Source of the DNA: Lingula anatina
Lineage: Eukaryota; Animalia; Brachiopoda
Length of the DNA stretch: 64,000 nt
Assembly (NCBI GenBank): GCA_051362555.1
Contig: CM120645.1
Coordinates: 558,001 to 622,000 of the forward strand
Reading direction: 5' to 3'
Shown: one piece after another, positions 24,601-36,948 of the stretch
Layout: every line of letters starts with the position of its first letter
Numbering within the stretch: position 1 is the stretch's first letter
Position numbers and translations under genes: made by a program
Notes under the pieces: generated by a model
What the model was told of the DNA's origin: nothing
Databases searched by the model: none
The model's input: only the letters and a program-made list of their open reading frames with translations

Positions 24601-25865
24601 GTAGAAATTGATACTTAAAGCATATTTCTGTGACATTGGGTTCCCATGCTATGGACTTCAAGTTGACCAACCCCATCAACTGGTGGCCTTTTTGGATTTT
24701 TGTGAAAAACAAGACTTTGCCATGGGGGGATTCATGGGGGAATTTTTTGGGCTATATTGGGCCTTCAACGGACCAGAATCAGTTGAGAAACCTTTGTCAC
24801 CAATTTTTTCCAACCTAAGTTGTTTATTGACTGTCCTCGTGCTGCTCGTGTCCTTATTTATTACCTACCCCCCACCCCCCCTCCCTGCTGAAAAAAAAAA
24901 CATGGGAGTGGTTGTTTTTTAATTTATCAAAAATATTTTGTCAAGGCCAGTTTTATCAGTAAGTCATAAAAACATGTACATGGAACCCAGTACTTAGACA
25001 ATAATTAATTTATTTTAAAAAATTGTCTGGAGTGTCTGGTAGATAGCACATTGGAAAGTGACACCCGCGATATATATAGTTTTTAATTTGATCGTGAAAA
25101 AATAGTTCTGCACACTTTTGTAGCGCCTGTCTCTTTAAGTGTTGTTGATCTTTTGAATAGAATACAAGAATGATAAAAACTTAACAAAGTATACATTATC
25201 CCCATGGCGGTTAATTTATAAATTTTGATATTAATAATTTTTGAAAACTTATCATGTTTGCTACCTGAAATGAAGTAAGTGAGCGCGGCCTGATACAATA
25301 TTTGTTTAGAGACGATAAGCTTTGATTTGACTGCAGAACTGCGACACGCTAGCAGCAATTAGAGAGAGAAAACTAGAGAAAATATCTACAGTTAACTACA
25401 GAGCTGTTACTGACTGTTATTTACCTTAGTAACAGCACCGAGTCCACACAGAAAGTAACTGTACGTCATAGAACTGAAAGAGAAGGTACTGTCACTGACA
25501 TAAATAATAGTGAGTACTAAAGTCTAGTCAAAGTTGAACCTGAAAAATGATGTTCATGTTGAAGTGTTACTTTTGAACTCACAACCATCTAAATCTTAGA
25601 AGAAGCTTCTGAAACAGGCATGTACCACATCACGGGTTCTGAGAAAGTGGAAATGGACTCGTGATATTAGTTTCGCTCACAGAGTTTCATTGCCTGGTTG
25701 CCGCCATATCTTATCCCATCGGGATCACGTAGTGCTGACATAGAAAAATCTGGGCCCAGTGTTATCAGCCTGGGAGCAACCGGTCTGCCGCTAGGTGGCT
25801 TTAAGACAAACAGGAGGTCTTAGACTTTTGAATTGGGTAAAATTTTGGATATATATAGGGTGTAA
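15270..25865. repeat. Mosaic tandem segmental triplication (period about 3.68 kb for the near-identical part)
   Basis: The ORFs at 19427 and 23104 encode identical peptides and those at 19868 and 23545 share their N-terminal region (both offset 3677). The ORF pairs 16622/24608 and 17100/25083 are near-identical (offset about 7985). 15275 is a diverged copy of 19427. Confidence 0.9.
16292..16853. mobile_element. About 560-bp insertion (non-autonomous DNA-transposon fragment), also present at about 24271-24839
   Basis: It interrupts gggtcaagttgctgctc, which is intact at about 20567-20583 and 47846-47860, with TGC repeated at the junctions. It contains gaccttg-rich internal repeats. Confidence 0.6.
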
Positions 25866-28726
25866 TTGTAATTGTTACATGATTCATGTCAAGAAAATTA
25901 TTACCAGTCCTTTGAAACTTCTCACCTTATTCCTGGAGTCAAGGCATTACTCCACTATTGTAGTTTTTTCACCCAATCCAGCATTCACGTTTATTTCAAT
26001 GAAAAAAAATGTCCATTGAATTAAATTAAAATCCAGATACCCTTGTTAATATCAGGTAAAATGCTAAATTCAAAAGAACTGACATATAGTAAATAAATTA
26101 AGTCTGTAAAATCACAAAGTCTCTTCCTTCAGGCAAAATCTCAGACATTGTCTCTTTAAATAAAATCAGTGGTCATAAATTTGACGTGTCCTATTTTGAA
26201 TCCAACCTGTCCAACAAAACCAATTTTTTTTCCATTCATACCTCTCGGTGAACTTTGTAAACATTAATATATGTAGTCATACACGTAATGTATTTATTAC
26301 CCAGATATTCAGTCAAATGAGCCTGGAAAATGCAGTGGGTTTATTTTCAGATAAAAAGTGGTTTTTTCATACTTGTGAACTCCTGAATATTTAATCTTGC
26401 ATATAAGTCTGATTTAACATGGTTTCAATCAGGCCTTTTCCCAGGGTTTGGGGAACAGGGTTCACTTATTGTAAATCTGAAATTTGATAACAGATTCACA
26501 TGAAGTTTAACCAAGTCTTAAAAAAACTGAGCTGGAAGTGGGAGGGGGGCAGTGTTATATTATTTTATTAAAATATTCAAAATTTATAATGTTTGACTAA
26601 ATTTCATTAAAAATTGAAGAATATAACATTCATTGTATAATAGTTTACTTATATAAATATCACTAATATTAAAGTTTTAAATTGATATTAATTTTAACAA
26701 TTTGCTTTCTTTAGGGGTAACATGTGTTTGATTTTTTTAAATATATGAATTAAATAAAATCAGTCATTTAAAAAATTTCCCCTTCTTTTAATTTAAATTC
26801 TCATATTTTTATTAATTTTCTTCCTTACATCAATATCACACTGGTATATGACAGCAATGTTAATTTATCATATTCCAGCACTAAATTTTTAACTGTAAAT
26901 AACACAGTGGTGCTAGAGTCATTAAATAAAACATCTTACAAAGTTTCAGGTTTTGCAAATAAAAAAAACAACACTTCGACAAGATCTTCAGTCCCAAAGT
27001 TTGACTTTCCAACTTCAAATGGTTGTAAGGAGATAGCGGCAACGCATTTGATTGACAGGCAGTATGTTGCCTTGACAACAAACTAGATACATCCAGTTCA
27101 TCCAGTCCAATCTGGCTGTTGTACGCAGTACTTATGTCATGTGGTTTCTATTTTAGGAACGGTCTTTATTACTAGAGCACGTATATTTTTAAACAAATAA
27201 ATATTCAGTAGTCAGCCTAGTGTTATGTGAATAAATTATGTCTGGTGAAGTTCTTGTAGGCGTTCACTTTCATAATTTGGCGGTAAGTTTGCTTAGACTT
27301 CGTTTTGGGACCACGTGTTTTGTACCAAATGCAGGTCACTCTTTTCAATGCCATCCAGGAAGAGACGAGAAGACGTTAGTATGGAACAAAAATTTCTTTT
27401 TCAAAATTTTTGTTCTTAAGTTCTAATAAAACATAATCTGTCCATCGGACAGCCCACCCTGCAAATTCACTTGTCCGAACTGAATTTTTACCTGTGGAGC
27501 CCTGTTTTGGTGTCATCACACACTTTATTTGACTGTCTGATATCTTCCTGTGTTCTTTTCTTACGTGCTGGGGCATCACATTCATTATTAGCACTAAAAT
27601 ACTTACAGAGTATAGACGGAGACAGGGGTAATCCAGACTGCGACTAAGGCGCAATCCTGTATATAATCCATGTGCGCCGTGGCGTCATTCAATTAATTTT
27701 TTTATGAAGAAAGACATCGTGCAATTACAATTACAGATTATAGAAGAATCAAACTGCGTAATTAGACAGGATTGTGTTGTTCTGAATTTGAATGACCACA
27801 CATCGTTCGTTATTTGTCTCGTAAACAAGCATATATATATAAATGCCGCGTTTAATACTTTGTATCAGACGTACAGTGAAGCAAGGAGTTATAAGATACT
27901 CCTTGAGTGAAGGGTCTTTGCGCTAGGTATGCCGGGAAAACGGTGAATAAGCATGTACTTTCGGTTTCGTTGAGAGAGTCGATTTCTTGAAGGGTGAGCC
28001 TCATTGTTTTTGTTTTATTTCAACCAAATCTGCTTAATATGAACGTGCATATTGATATACAATTATTTTAGAGGCCAGAAAATGATGTGAAATGCCGATC
28101 GTCGCCCCATGGTGTGGGGTTTGGGGCCTACTCAAGGGCCCTGAAAATTTTTGATGTTTTGGAGAGCAAGTAGTGCCTTTGGTACGGTTTAGAACTATGG
28201 TTTATTTAGCTAGTCAAAATTCTAATTTCAAGAGGGAATATCGGAGTGATATATTTTTCAGAAATTGATGGGGGAGAAGAAGTAGTGGTTTTTTTTTTTT
28301 GTGTGTGTGTGGGGGGGACTTCTCAGTATCTAAACTGCTGGTGGTGGTGGAAGTGGTGTTGGTGATGCTGCTGCTGAACGAAGCGGCTGGGATTGACTTA
28401 GGTCAAGGGGGCTGTAAAGGCGTGTTCAGCCTTGTCCGTCATCGTCCAACACAGGACTAAGTGACCACAAGGGCCCCTAACATGTATGTGTAAAATATTG
28501 CAAGGGCAGTGTAGTAACCAATCAGAGGCCGTGGTTTAAGCCAGATACAAAACTCGTCGCCGAGCAATACTTTAAAATTGAATGTGAAAACGAAAGTTAA
28601 AAAATGTACACTTCCAAAATAAATTCCCTACTTTCTTTGACAATGACAATTTTCTTGATCTGTGAACCTGCGGCTCGCAATACCCATTGTAATATTTCAC
28701 GTACAGCTCGGTGACTCGTATGGTAT

Positions 28727-28900
28727 CTGGGGTGGCGCTAGCAATCTTTTTCATTCAGCCAAATTACTACTTTTTCATCAGTTTTCTTGTCCAAATGGTT
28801 TAAATTTGACTAAAATCAGTCAAATCAACCCTATTTTGTTTAGCCAAAGGCAATCAGTTTTAGCATTTGGCTAAATTGGCGAGTGTTAGCGCTACCCCAG
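28727..28900. mobile_element. 174-bp MITE with a 5-bp TSD
   Basis: TIRs CTGGGGTGGCGCTAGCA / TGTTAGCGCTACCCCAG, flanked by GGTAT at 28722-28726 and 28901-28905. Confidence 0.8.
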
Positions 28901-29049
28901 GGTATCTATCACATACTGGCCTACTATAGTACAACACCTGTCAACTCCCCTCAATCTATCAATCACAAGCACTTGTCAGTGTCAGAATTTCACGATATTG
29001 ACTGTGACGTCGGCGGAAGGGTAGCCAAGACCATTGACATGAGCGCCAT

Positions 29050-29325
29050 CTAGTGTCAAATCGAGTTTTGACTTCTAGTTGCGTTTTGACGACTAGTTGT
29101 ATTTTGCCGTCTGATCTGATAAGGAAGACGTGTAATCGTGTTTTTAATTCGTCTGATCTGAAAACTACGACATCTAATTGTGTTTTTAATGCGTGAAATT
29201 CAGAAATGCCTCGTTTAATTTGACAGTATCGCTGTCTGATCTGATAATGACGACGTCTAATCATGTTTTTAATTCGTCTGATCTGATAACGACGACGACT
29301 ATTCGTGTTTTTAATTTTTGTATAA
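29050..29325. repeat. Degenerate minisatellite (about 40-bp units with a GTCTGATCTGA core)
   Basis: Recurrent tttttaattcgtctgatctgataa(c/t)gacgacg-like units. Confidence 0.7.
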
Positions 29326-30242
29326 ACCGCCGCACATACACTCTGCAATGTAGGCTTTTAGAAGTTGTATACAACAAATCCAGTTAATATCAAACGCTAT
29401 TGATAGTGTCAAAAATTACTACCTAATGGTGGCAGTGTATTTGATGGCATGATTGAAAACCATTTGTGCTCTCTTCTGTAAAGTACAAAATTATCAAAGA
29501 ATGTAAGGAGAGTTGATCTTGTTAAGTGATTGCCTTATACATTGTCCCAAGGTGGTGTACATGTGCGGGGAGTGGTGGGGTGGGGTCCAATTCATTTTTA
29601 AAATATTCAGTGTTATATAGTTGTTATATATCTGATAAGTGTAAATATGGATTGTAATTTGTTAGCACATTTCTGTTTAGTTTCCAAGAAATGTATTTTT
29701 CCTAAGGCCACACTTTTTAAATTTTATGGATGACATCCTGCGCGCGCACGGATTTTCGCCCGTTCTCCAAAAAAAAAAAAAAAAAAAGCCCCCCCCCCTC
29801 AGCCCCCAACGAAGTCGGTTGTCGCAAACGTCGTTATTGAATTTGCAAGGAAATGAACTTTCTGCGCATGCGTATTTTCGCTAGTTGAAATGCGGCCACT
29901 TTGCTGTCAAATTCTTTTCTAGGATTACTTTCAAATTACACAACAATTTCATAAAGAGAATGGGCGCCATCGTTTTGGATTGGTATGCCATTGATATTGG
30001 GCATGGAGATAGCACCTTTTTACAATTGTGCGAAAGGCTGGCGGCGGCAATTCTGACATTCTGTATAAAGCAGCACATTAATACCAGGTTTTCTGTAGCG
30101 AAAAAAGGGTCGACAAGGGCGTCGAGGTATTTGGTGGGCTGAAGGTCGGACAGGCCACCTGACAGTTTAGCTGCTTCGTATGAGTTGAAGTTGACAAAAT
30201 GGCATCGTCCGAAATGACCTTTAATAGATTTGGTAGTATTAA

Positions 30243-31633
30243 AGGCCTACTGCGCTCTAGGAACACATAGCGTTCACTGCTTTTTTTACAGTATAAAAAC
30301 TATAAATCCACGTCAAAAAATTGTTCTTTTTAAGTTTTAGAGAGAAAAGATGAGATTTAGATGAGAAAATTCTGATTGGTCAGTTTCTAGTGACGTAACC
30401 CGTGGAGTAGCTTCCCACAGCTGTACTAGTAATAGTATATACTATGCAGTAGGCGACTAAACATCCAGGTGTCAGAAAAACAAATGCCGCAAAGTTGTGT
30501 TGCTTCCGGGTGCCGTAATGTAGGTTACAATAAGAAAGACATCTGCTATTATATCCTGCCTGCGGATGCCGCTAAACGTAAAATTTGGCTCAATTCTCTG
30601 AAGTTAAAAAATCCCAGCACAGTGTCAAAACACGCGAGGATCTGTAGCGACCACTTCGAGCCGGAATGCTTCGTACGTGACCTGCGAGCTGAATTGTGCG
30701 GTGGAAAAGCACGGAGAAAACTAAAAGATGATGCTGTACCCAGTATATTCGATTTTTCGGAGTACCAAAATGCGACAGTAAATGCCAGAGCGCTGCCGAC
30801 GAGAGTCTTACCTGTAGGATGTGTGCATGATGCGGCCGTCGAAAGGAAGAAGAGAGCAGCTTCTAGAGCCCAAAAAATAGTTCGTAGCAGAATTACGTTG
30901 TCGAATTTTTTGGTTATGTTAGTGAAAACGTTAATATTAACATGATAGTGGAATCAAATTTTTACTCGACATACTGCTGCACTGATCACGTGTAAGGCAG
31001 AAGTAGCGAGGTAAGTTGCAGAGGTGTGAAATGTAGTGTCCGATGCTATCAGTCCGATATCTTTGGCCTTTTGTCCACTGACCTGGCTCTCCCGGAATGA
31101 CACTGGTAAACTGCACGGGTGTGAAAAATAATGTTAGCTGTCACACCTGCATGTATTAGGTAACTTTCTCTTATCAGTCGGGATAAGAACGTTCAGCCGA
31201 CGCGACAGATGGGCAATGTGTGAAAAACTGTGTTCGCTGCCCTGCTTCCAAACCTTTACTGTTAACATAGTTTTGGTGTATTTTGTTGGTTAATAAATGA
31301 TAATCACGTGGGGAATTCATCTTCTTTTGTGTATCTATCTTCATAAGTTTGAATTTATAAATGATCATGTAGTGATCAATTGCGTGTATCGCTTTTAGTT
31401 TGCACTGCTAGCAAGCGGATAGCTGAATCGAATATGGCTTTCTGAGCCTTGACGCTAGTGACGTCACTCGCCTTAAAGCGCCACCACGCGGGAGTATCAT
31501 AAACTACATTCACACCTGCATAAAATCGGCTTTAAAAACTAAATAAACGTAAGAACTTTTTTTTCATTACTCAAAAATGACTTTTGGGCACCTAACGGAT
31601 AGTTTTAACCCGTTTTTTCATCACAGTATACCT
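30243..31633 (+). mobile_element. Kolobok-like element nested in the Harbinger-like element
   Basis: TTAA|AGGCCTACTG ... CAGTATACCT|TTAA. It carries a THAP-domain ORF, consistent with the Kolobok superfamily (TTAA TSD, RR..YY ends). Confidence 0.8.
30484..30945 (+). CDS. THAP zinc-finger domain ORF (N-terminus of a transposase, no DDE core visible)
   Basis: MPQSCVASGC...LPAD..KRKIW......ICSDHF......LKDDAVPSIF is a canonical THAP C2CH motif with the AVP(T/S)IF box. Confidence 0.85.
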   Translation: MPQSCVASGCRNVGYNKKDICYYILPADAAKRKIWLNSLKLKNPSTVSKHARICSDHFEPECFVRDLRAELCGGKARRKLKDDAVPSIFDFSEYQNATVNARALPTRVLPVGCVHDAAVERKKRAASRAQKIVRSRITLSNFLVMLVKTLILT

Positions 31634-32705
31634 TTAAGCATATCTTTGCATCATTTTTTAAACATTTCTGTGAAGTGTTCAAAATGTTTTAATATTCTGA
31701 GAATACAAATAAAGACACACTGTTTGATTGATATTTGTTTTATTGATTGCTATACCAAATGAATGCATGAAATAACCTTAAATAGATTTGGTAATATGAA
31801 GTATATCAATTCATGACTTTTTTTTACATTTCTACGAAGTATACACAATGCTTCAATATTTTGAGAGCATGGATAAAGACATATTGTTAGTTTGATACGT
31901 GTTTCTGTGGTTAAATTTGTGTTTCCAGCTGTGTACTGACAACATTCCGTTACTTAAGCAGTTTTTTTTTTTTTTTTGGACTGTTTTTTTTTTTTCGCCC
32001 TCTCGCACCGATTTTGGGGTACCCAGAGGATGTCATCCATAAAAATAAAAAAGTGTGGCCTAAGATTCATCAAAAACCTCATTAGTCTCTGGGATACATA
32101 TTTCATCTGTGGCAATGCTTTGTTATTGACAGACAGATCTGAAATTTAAATGTTTTGCATGTTTTTTGCTGTTTGGTGTCTTTTCAATATCTAAGGAGAT
32201 AGTTGGAACCTTTCCTATAGAAAACATTTCCTGTGGGATCCTATAGAATTTATAGGAATGCAGGATCCAGTAGGAAATTTTCAAAAGGGATTCCTGGTTT
32301 AACCTACTTAATACAACACGTGTTAAATGTATGAAAGATGTAGTTATTGACTTTAAAATGATCAAAGTTGTATTTAAAATATTTTTTAGACTAACAAATG
32401 TTCCTCCTAAAATTCAGAGTTTAATTCCTATACAGTATTATTATTAGATTGGCTGACTCTCTGTCTGATACATACTATCTTGCCACTGGGACAGGAAGCA
32501 TTCTAAGAAAAATATATATTGTCAAAAAATCATTTTGATATCAAATTGTTATTTCATAATTTCAAGATTACCAGGCAAAGATGTTTTTGATAATTCAAAC
32601 ATTTTCAACAATATGCCCTAAATTGTACTTAATGTAAAGTACTGGCTAGCTTACGTTTGGTATATAGCCACGTTTGTCTTAAGTGTACCTTGTTTCATAT
32701 TTCAG

Positions 32706-32796
32706 GTACCTAAGACCTCCAGAAGCAGAAATATTAGTAATAACTGGTGTCCAACTTCACCTATCTTAATAGATATCCAGAACTAACAGACTGAAG
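32706..32796 (+). other. Non-coding 5' UTR exon of Roco paralog 2
   Basis: TTTCAG|GTACC...GACTGAAG|GTATG, conserved with 55448-55538 in paralog 3. The next acceptor is at 33598/33599. Confidence 0.65.
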
Positions 32797-33731
32797 GTAT
32801 GTCATGTATGAACTGATATATTGCCTAAATTTTATTTTATGTAACCTTTAAGATTGCATACATTTTAGTCAGTTCATTTATTTGCTCTAAGTACAATTTA
32901 CTTGTTAACCACCCTTAATTCTGCTGCATGGTCACACACTTTTGTGATACATTATTTCATTTATAACATTAATTTGAGAAAACTTTTAAGATAATATCAT
33001 TCTTGTGGCCCACATATTTTTTCAGATAACTCATGTGGTTTGTTCGAATGCACAATATATCCACATAAGGTAATAGAGTTACTGCCTACTGAACAAAAAT
33101 GTACGTTAAAATGTTTGAAATACAAGATTTAACAGAGCACGTGTATATGTTCACATAGTATTTGTCAATTGTACTACTGTCACAAAAACATATTTACATA
33201 TTTAGTATTATTATTAAATATTTTCATTTTGTCACCATCTCAAGTAGCAGTCAAACTACAGAATTGTTGACAACCACATGGAAATTATTTATTGGTGGAC
33301 TTTTGGCAACAAAGCCATATAAAATACTGTTGTGTACAGCTGATTAATTCAAACAAAAAAGTGCATGTCACACTTTTTGTACCAATTTGTATATTTTTAA
33401 TTTTCAATATTTTTACAATGACAACAAAAGACTTACAACTTAGTTATTTTAAGATAAAGTACCTGTCATCTGAAGGAAGAAGAGATAATTTTTTTTTTTT
33501 GGGGGGGGGGGGGCAACAATACCCCATTTACACTACTGTGCATAACCCATTTCTAACAATAAATAATTTGGTAACAATTTATTTCTTTTCAATTTCAGAC
33601 AAAGAAAAGAACAACAAAAGACATGTATGCACAGTAATGGAAGAAGTCAAAAAAACATTTAGCACATTTTCCAAGTGACCATATATAACATAAAGCAGTG
33701 ACACTTCTTCCTGCTGCTCCATTCCTGAGAC

Positions 33732-34421
33732 ATGGCTTACAGACAAGGAGTACCAGGTAGAGAGAGACTTGATCTCTTACATAGGCTACAGTTGTCTCCA
33801 CAGTACAAGACACCAGACAATGTGCTGGAATGGACTGAGCTTAATATAGATAAAGCTGATATAGACGACCTACCAGAGTCTATTGACAGGTGTAAAAAAC
33901 TTAAGGAGATATCTGCAGTAATCAACAGGTTATCTTCTTTGCCACAGTCCATATCCAACCTGCCACACCTCACAGTGTTGGAACTATGGGGCAACGCCTT
34001 CACTACATTCCCCATAGCACTGTGTGACTTGACTAACCTACAGGAGCTGGACCTGGGTTACAACAAGCTATCTGACATACCAGTGGATATCACCAGGATG
34101 AAGGGGCTTAGAATATTCAACCTCAATAACAATGCCTTCACTACATTTCCCATAGTACTGTGTGGCTTGACTAACCTACAGGAGCTGGACCTGGCTGAGA
34201 ACAAGCTATCTGACATACCAGGGGATATCGCAAAGTTGGTTAAACTAAGGGTACTTAGACTTGCACAAAATACCATCACCCACCTACCACCTCAGATGAC
34301 AAATATGTATAGGCTAAGAGACCTAGATGTGGTAGATAATCCTCTGGTACAACCACCTATTCATACTGCCAACAGGGGACTAGATGCTATTAAGAGGTAC
34401 TTTGAGGCATTAGCCCCATAG
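33732..34421 (+). CDS. Roco paralog 2: LRR-only, truncated before the ROC domain (229 aa; expressed fragment or pseudogene)
   Basis: Colinear with the N-terminus of the 56392 ORF up to NPLVQPPIHTANRGLDAIKRYFEALA, then P-stop next to a LINE 3' tail. I see no ROC, COR or CARD sequence downstream before paralog 3. Confidence 0.85.
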   Translation: MAYRQGVPGRERLDLLHRLQLSPQYKTPDNVLEWTELNIDKADIDDLPESIDRCKKLKEISAVINRLSSLPQSISNLPHLTVLELWGNAFTTFPIALCDLTNLQELDLGYNKLSDIPVDITRMKGLRIFNLNNNAFTTFPIVLCGLTNLQELDLAENKLSDIPGDIAKLVKLRVLRLAQNTITHLPPQMTNMYRLRDLDVVDNPLVQPPIHTANRGLDAIKRYFEALAP

Positions 34422-34426
34422 GATCC

Positions 34427-36948
34427 AGTTAATTCAATTCAATTCAATTCAATTCATTTCTGTACTGGTACATAGATTGCCATGACCTTGTACAATACGA
34501 TATACTAATGACCATACAATACAATTAGTGCATTACCATTTCTCTAGTTGGTATTATGTTGCCTAGCCATTTGTGAAGGAAAAAATAATCTTTATATAAT
34601 GAACATACGTACTAGTAAAATTACTCATAAAATATTCTATCTAAGCAATGAGATAAACCTTGGTGTGATTATAAATTTACCATAAACATACTAATAAATA
34701 TGTTACACAAAAGGGTATGTTTAAACTTAAAACCACAGTTACATAGCTGTTTACATGGCTGTTTAAGGCCAGTTTGATGACATAGATAATTACTATTAAT
34801 GACAATTACATAAGACAGATAAGTAAATAAGTTACACAGATATAAATATTGTGCCATGTTCAGTCCCACTGCCGAGTCACTTCTCACAACAGTGGGACCA
34901 TACACTGACATTTTAAGGGATATGCTAAGAGTTACCAAGCAGAGCAACCACTTCACTTCTTTTCTTGAATGATTTGATCATAAAATTGGAGAGGGACACT
35001 AAAGTATCTTTGTTGGCGCTGTTAAATACATGGCATAATTGACTGTCTGGTGACCTTGTATCAGCTTTTAGGATTGAAGTTTTACTAAAAAAAGGTGACT
35101 CGGTCTGTTTTGTACATTGGGCATTGGAATATAAAATGGTATTCATCTTCAATTACCCCTTGTGTGCACAGGCGACAGAATCTGTCGCACCTTTCAGTTT
35201 TTGGCCTGGTGTGCCGCCCCGTTTCGATGTGGAGTTTATGGTCACTAAGACGTAGTTTAGCAACGGTTGACAAGGTGACATAATTTGTTATTTTATCAAC
35301 ATAAGCTGCCCTTTCACACTTTTGGTTAAGTATATGGAAGAGAGACAATTTACTGCTGGCTTGAAGTTTGTTATTGCATATTTGGGTAAAGTGGTCAGTT
35401 TGTCTTTGTTTGAAAATTGTGGTGAAGTTTTTTGGAGGTGACTGGCTAAGCCACACATCTCCAAGGCCAAATGTGAAAAGGATTTTTCGGATCCCCTCAG
35501 ACTATAACATACAAGCTGGTCTGAGTGTGTGGACTGCGGGAGGAACATAAGGTGTTAGCAACTTGTACATGTAACTATTTATCTCTTGTATGTATGCTTG
35601 TTTCATTAGTGTATCATCAGACATTTGAATAATTTTACACCATAGTTTGACAGATGCAAACTGTATTTTGGTATAGAGGGGAAGGTGCCCAAGTTCAGTG
35701 TATACACCATAGTTTGATACGTTTTGATGGAGGCCAAGGATTTGTTTGCAAAATTTTAAGTGCAACTTTTCTGTAGGGCAGTTATCCGTTGACACAGAGT
35801 AGCCCCATATCTCTGAGCAATATGTAAGGATTGGGGAAATGAGGGTATCAAATAATTTCTCTTTTAAGGATGTGCTAACATTACTCTGAAGTGGAAGAGA
35901 CTTGGACAGACTGAAGAATGCCTTTGTAGCACGTTGGAGGAAATTACTTTGGGTTTCTGTAAAGCTTCCTGATCGATTTAGAAGGAGACCTAGACCCCAT
36001 TTCCAGAGATTAGATCGATCTACTTTAGATCGACCTAACTCCCTGGGGGTTCACGCCAAATAGCTGTCAGCCGGGTGGACACGAAAGTTAATTACCCCCT
36101 TACAGCTTGTAGTAGGCGGGACGGACATTTAAGCTGGATTATCTGACAGTAATCTAGTGAGACTCCCTGCGGGGATAGATCGATCTAAAAGTTCTGGGAA
36201 TACAGCCCTAGATACATGTATTTGTTGACCTCTTGGATTGGTTTTCCATACAGAAAAAAATTTTCACTGTGAGATTTTGATTTTGAGTTGAAAATAACTA
36301 TTTTAGTTTTGGTGACATGTACAGTCAGTCTCCACTTGTTACAGAAATTTTCTACAATTTCCAAACTTTGCCTTAGCCCCTTGGGGGTCTTGGACATAAG
36401 GATGAGGTCATCAGCATAGAGTAAACCTTGTATTGGTATTCCATTTATATCTGGACTTGCAGCACTTTCGCCATTAATAGATCTAAGAAGGTCATCAATA
36501 AAAATATCAAAAAGAAATGGGCTCAGTGTGTCACCTTGTTTTACACCTAGTCTTGTATTAAAGGCCGGGGATATACCACTACTTGTCTTAACACATGCTT
36601 GGGAGTTTTCATACATGCTCGTAATGTTTTTGTACATAAGTCCTCTTATTCCTAGAGTACTTAGCTTGAACAGTAGTCCATTCCTCCAAACATTATCGAA
36701 TGCTTTTGAAAAGTCAATGAAACCTGTATAATTTTTTTCCTTTCATAAACTTTGTAATAATGGACTTAAGTATAAAGATGTTATCTGAAGTACCATGACC
36801 ATGATTAAACCCAGTTTGATGAGGTAGGGGTACCCCTTGTTGTGTTGCATGTGCTTGAATTCTGTTCAACAGGACCGAGTTGTACAGCTTTCCGAGGCAG
36901 CTTGTTATAGATATTCCCCTGTAGTTGTTACCATTTGATTCGTCACCA
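34427..36948 (-). mobile_element. 5'-truncated, decayed non-LTR retrotransposon (RTEX-like LINE)
   Basis: Minus-strand RT motifs NYRGISITSCLGKLY, QTGF..G.GTSDNIFIL, GVKQGDTLSPFLF and LLYADDL; C-terminal LRLSDHKLHIETGR..C..C....EDEYHFIFQC zinc knuckle; (GAATT)n 3' tail at about 34430-34456; multiple frameshifts. Confidence 0.88.
35993..36207. mobile_element. 215-bp MITE, copy 2, inserted in the LINE RT ORF
   Basis: Reverse complement of 5825-6039 with a CTA/TAG TSD. Removing it restores YMYLG|LLL in the LINE ORF. Confidence 0.85.

Larger units (their letters stand above)
29706..32060. mobile_element. Non-autonomous PIF/Harbinger-like element upstream of Roco paralog 2
   Basis: About 34-bp TIRs GGCCACACTTTTT..TTTTATGGATGACATCCT at both ends with a TAA TSD. 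The paralogous site at about 54430-54460 (gtatttttcccaaagaagcatcaaaagcctc) is empty. Confidence 0.85.

Noticed and set aside
15275-25358. Recurrent short ORFs (16622/24608, 17100/25083, 19427/23104, 19868/23545) as a gene family
   Set aside because: The similarity is explained by DNA-level segmental duplication; there are no recognisable domains and indels shift frames between copies.
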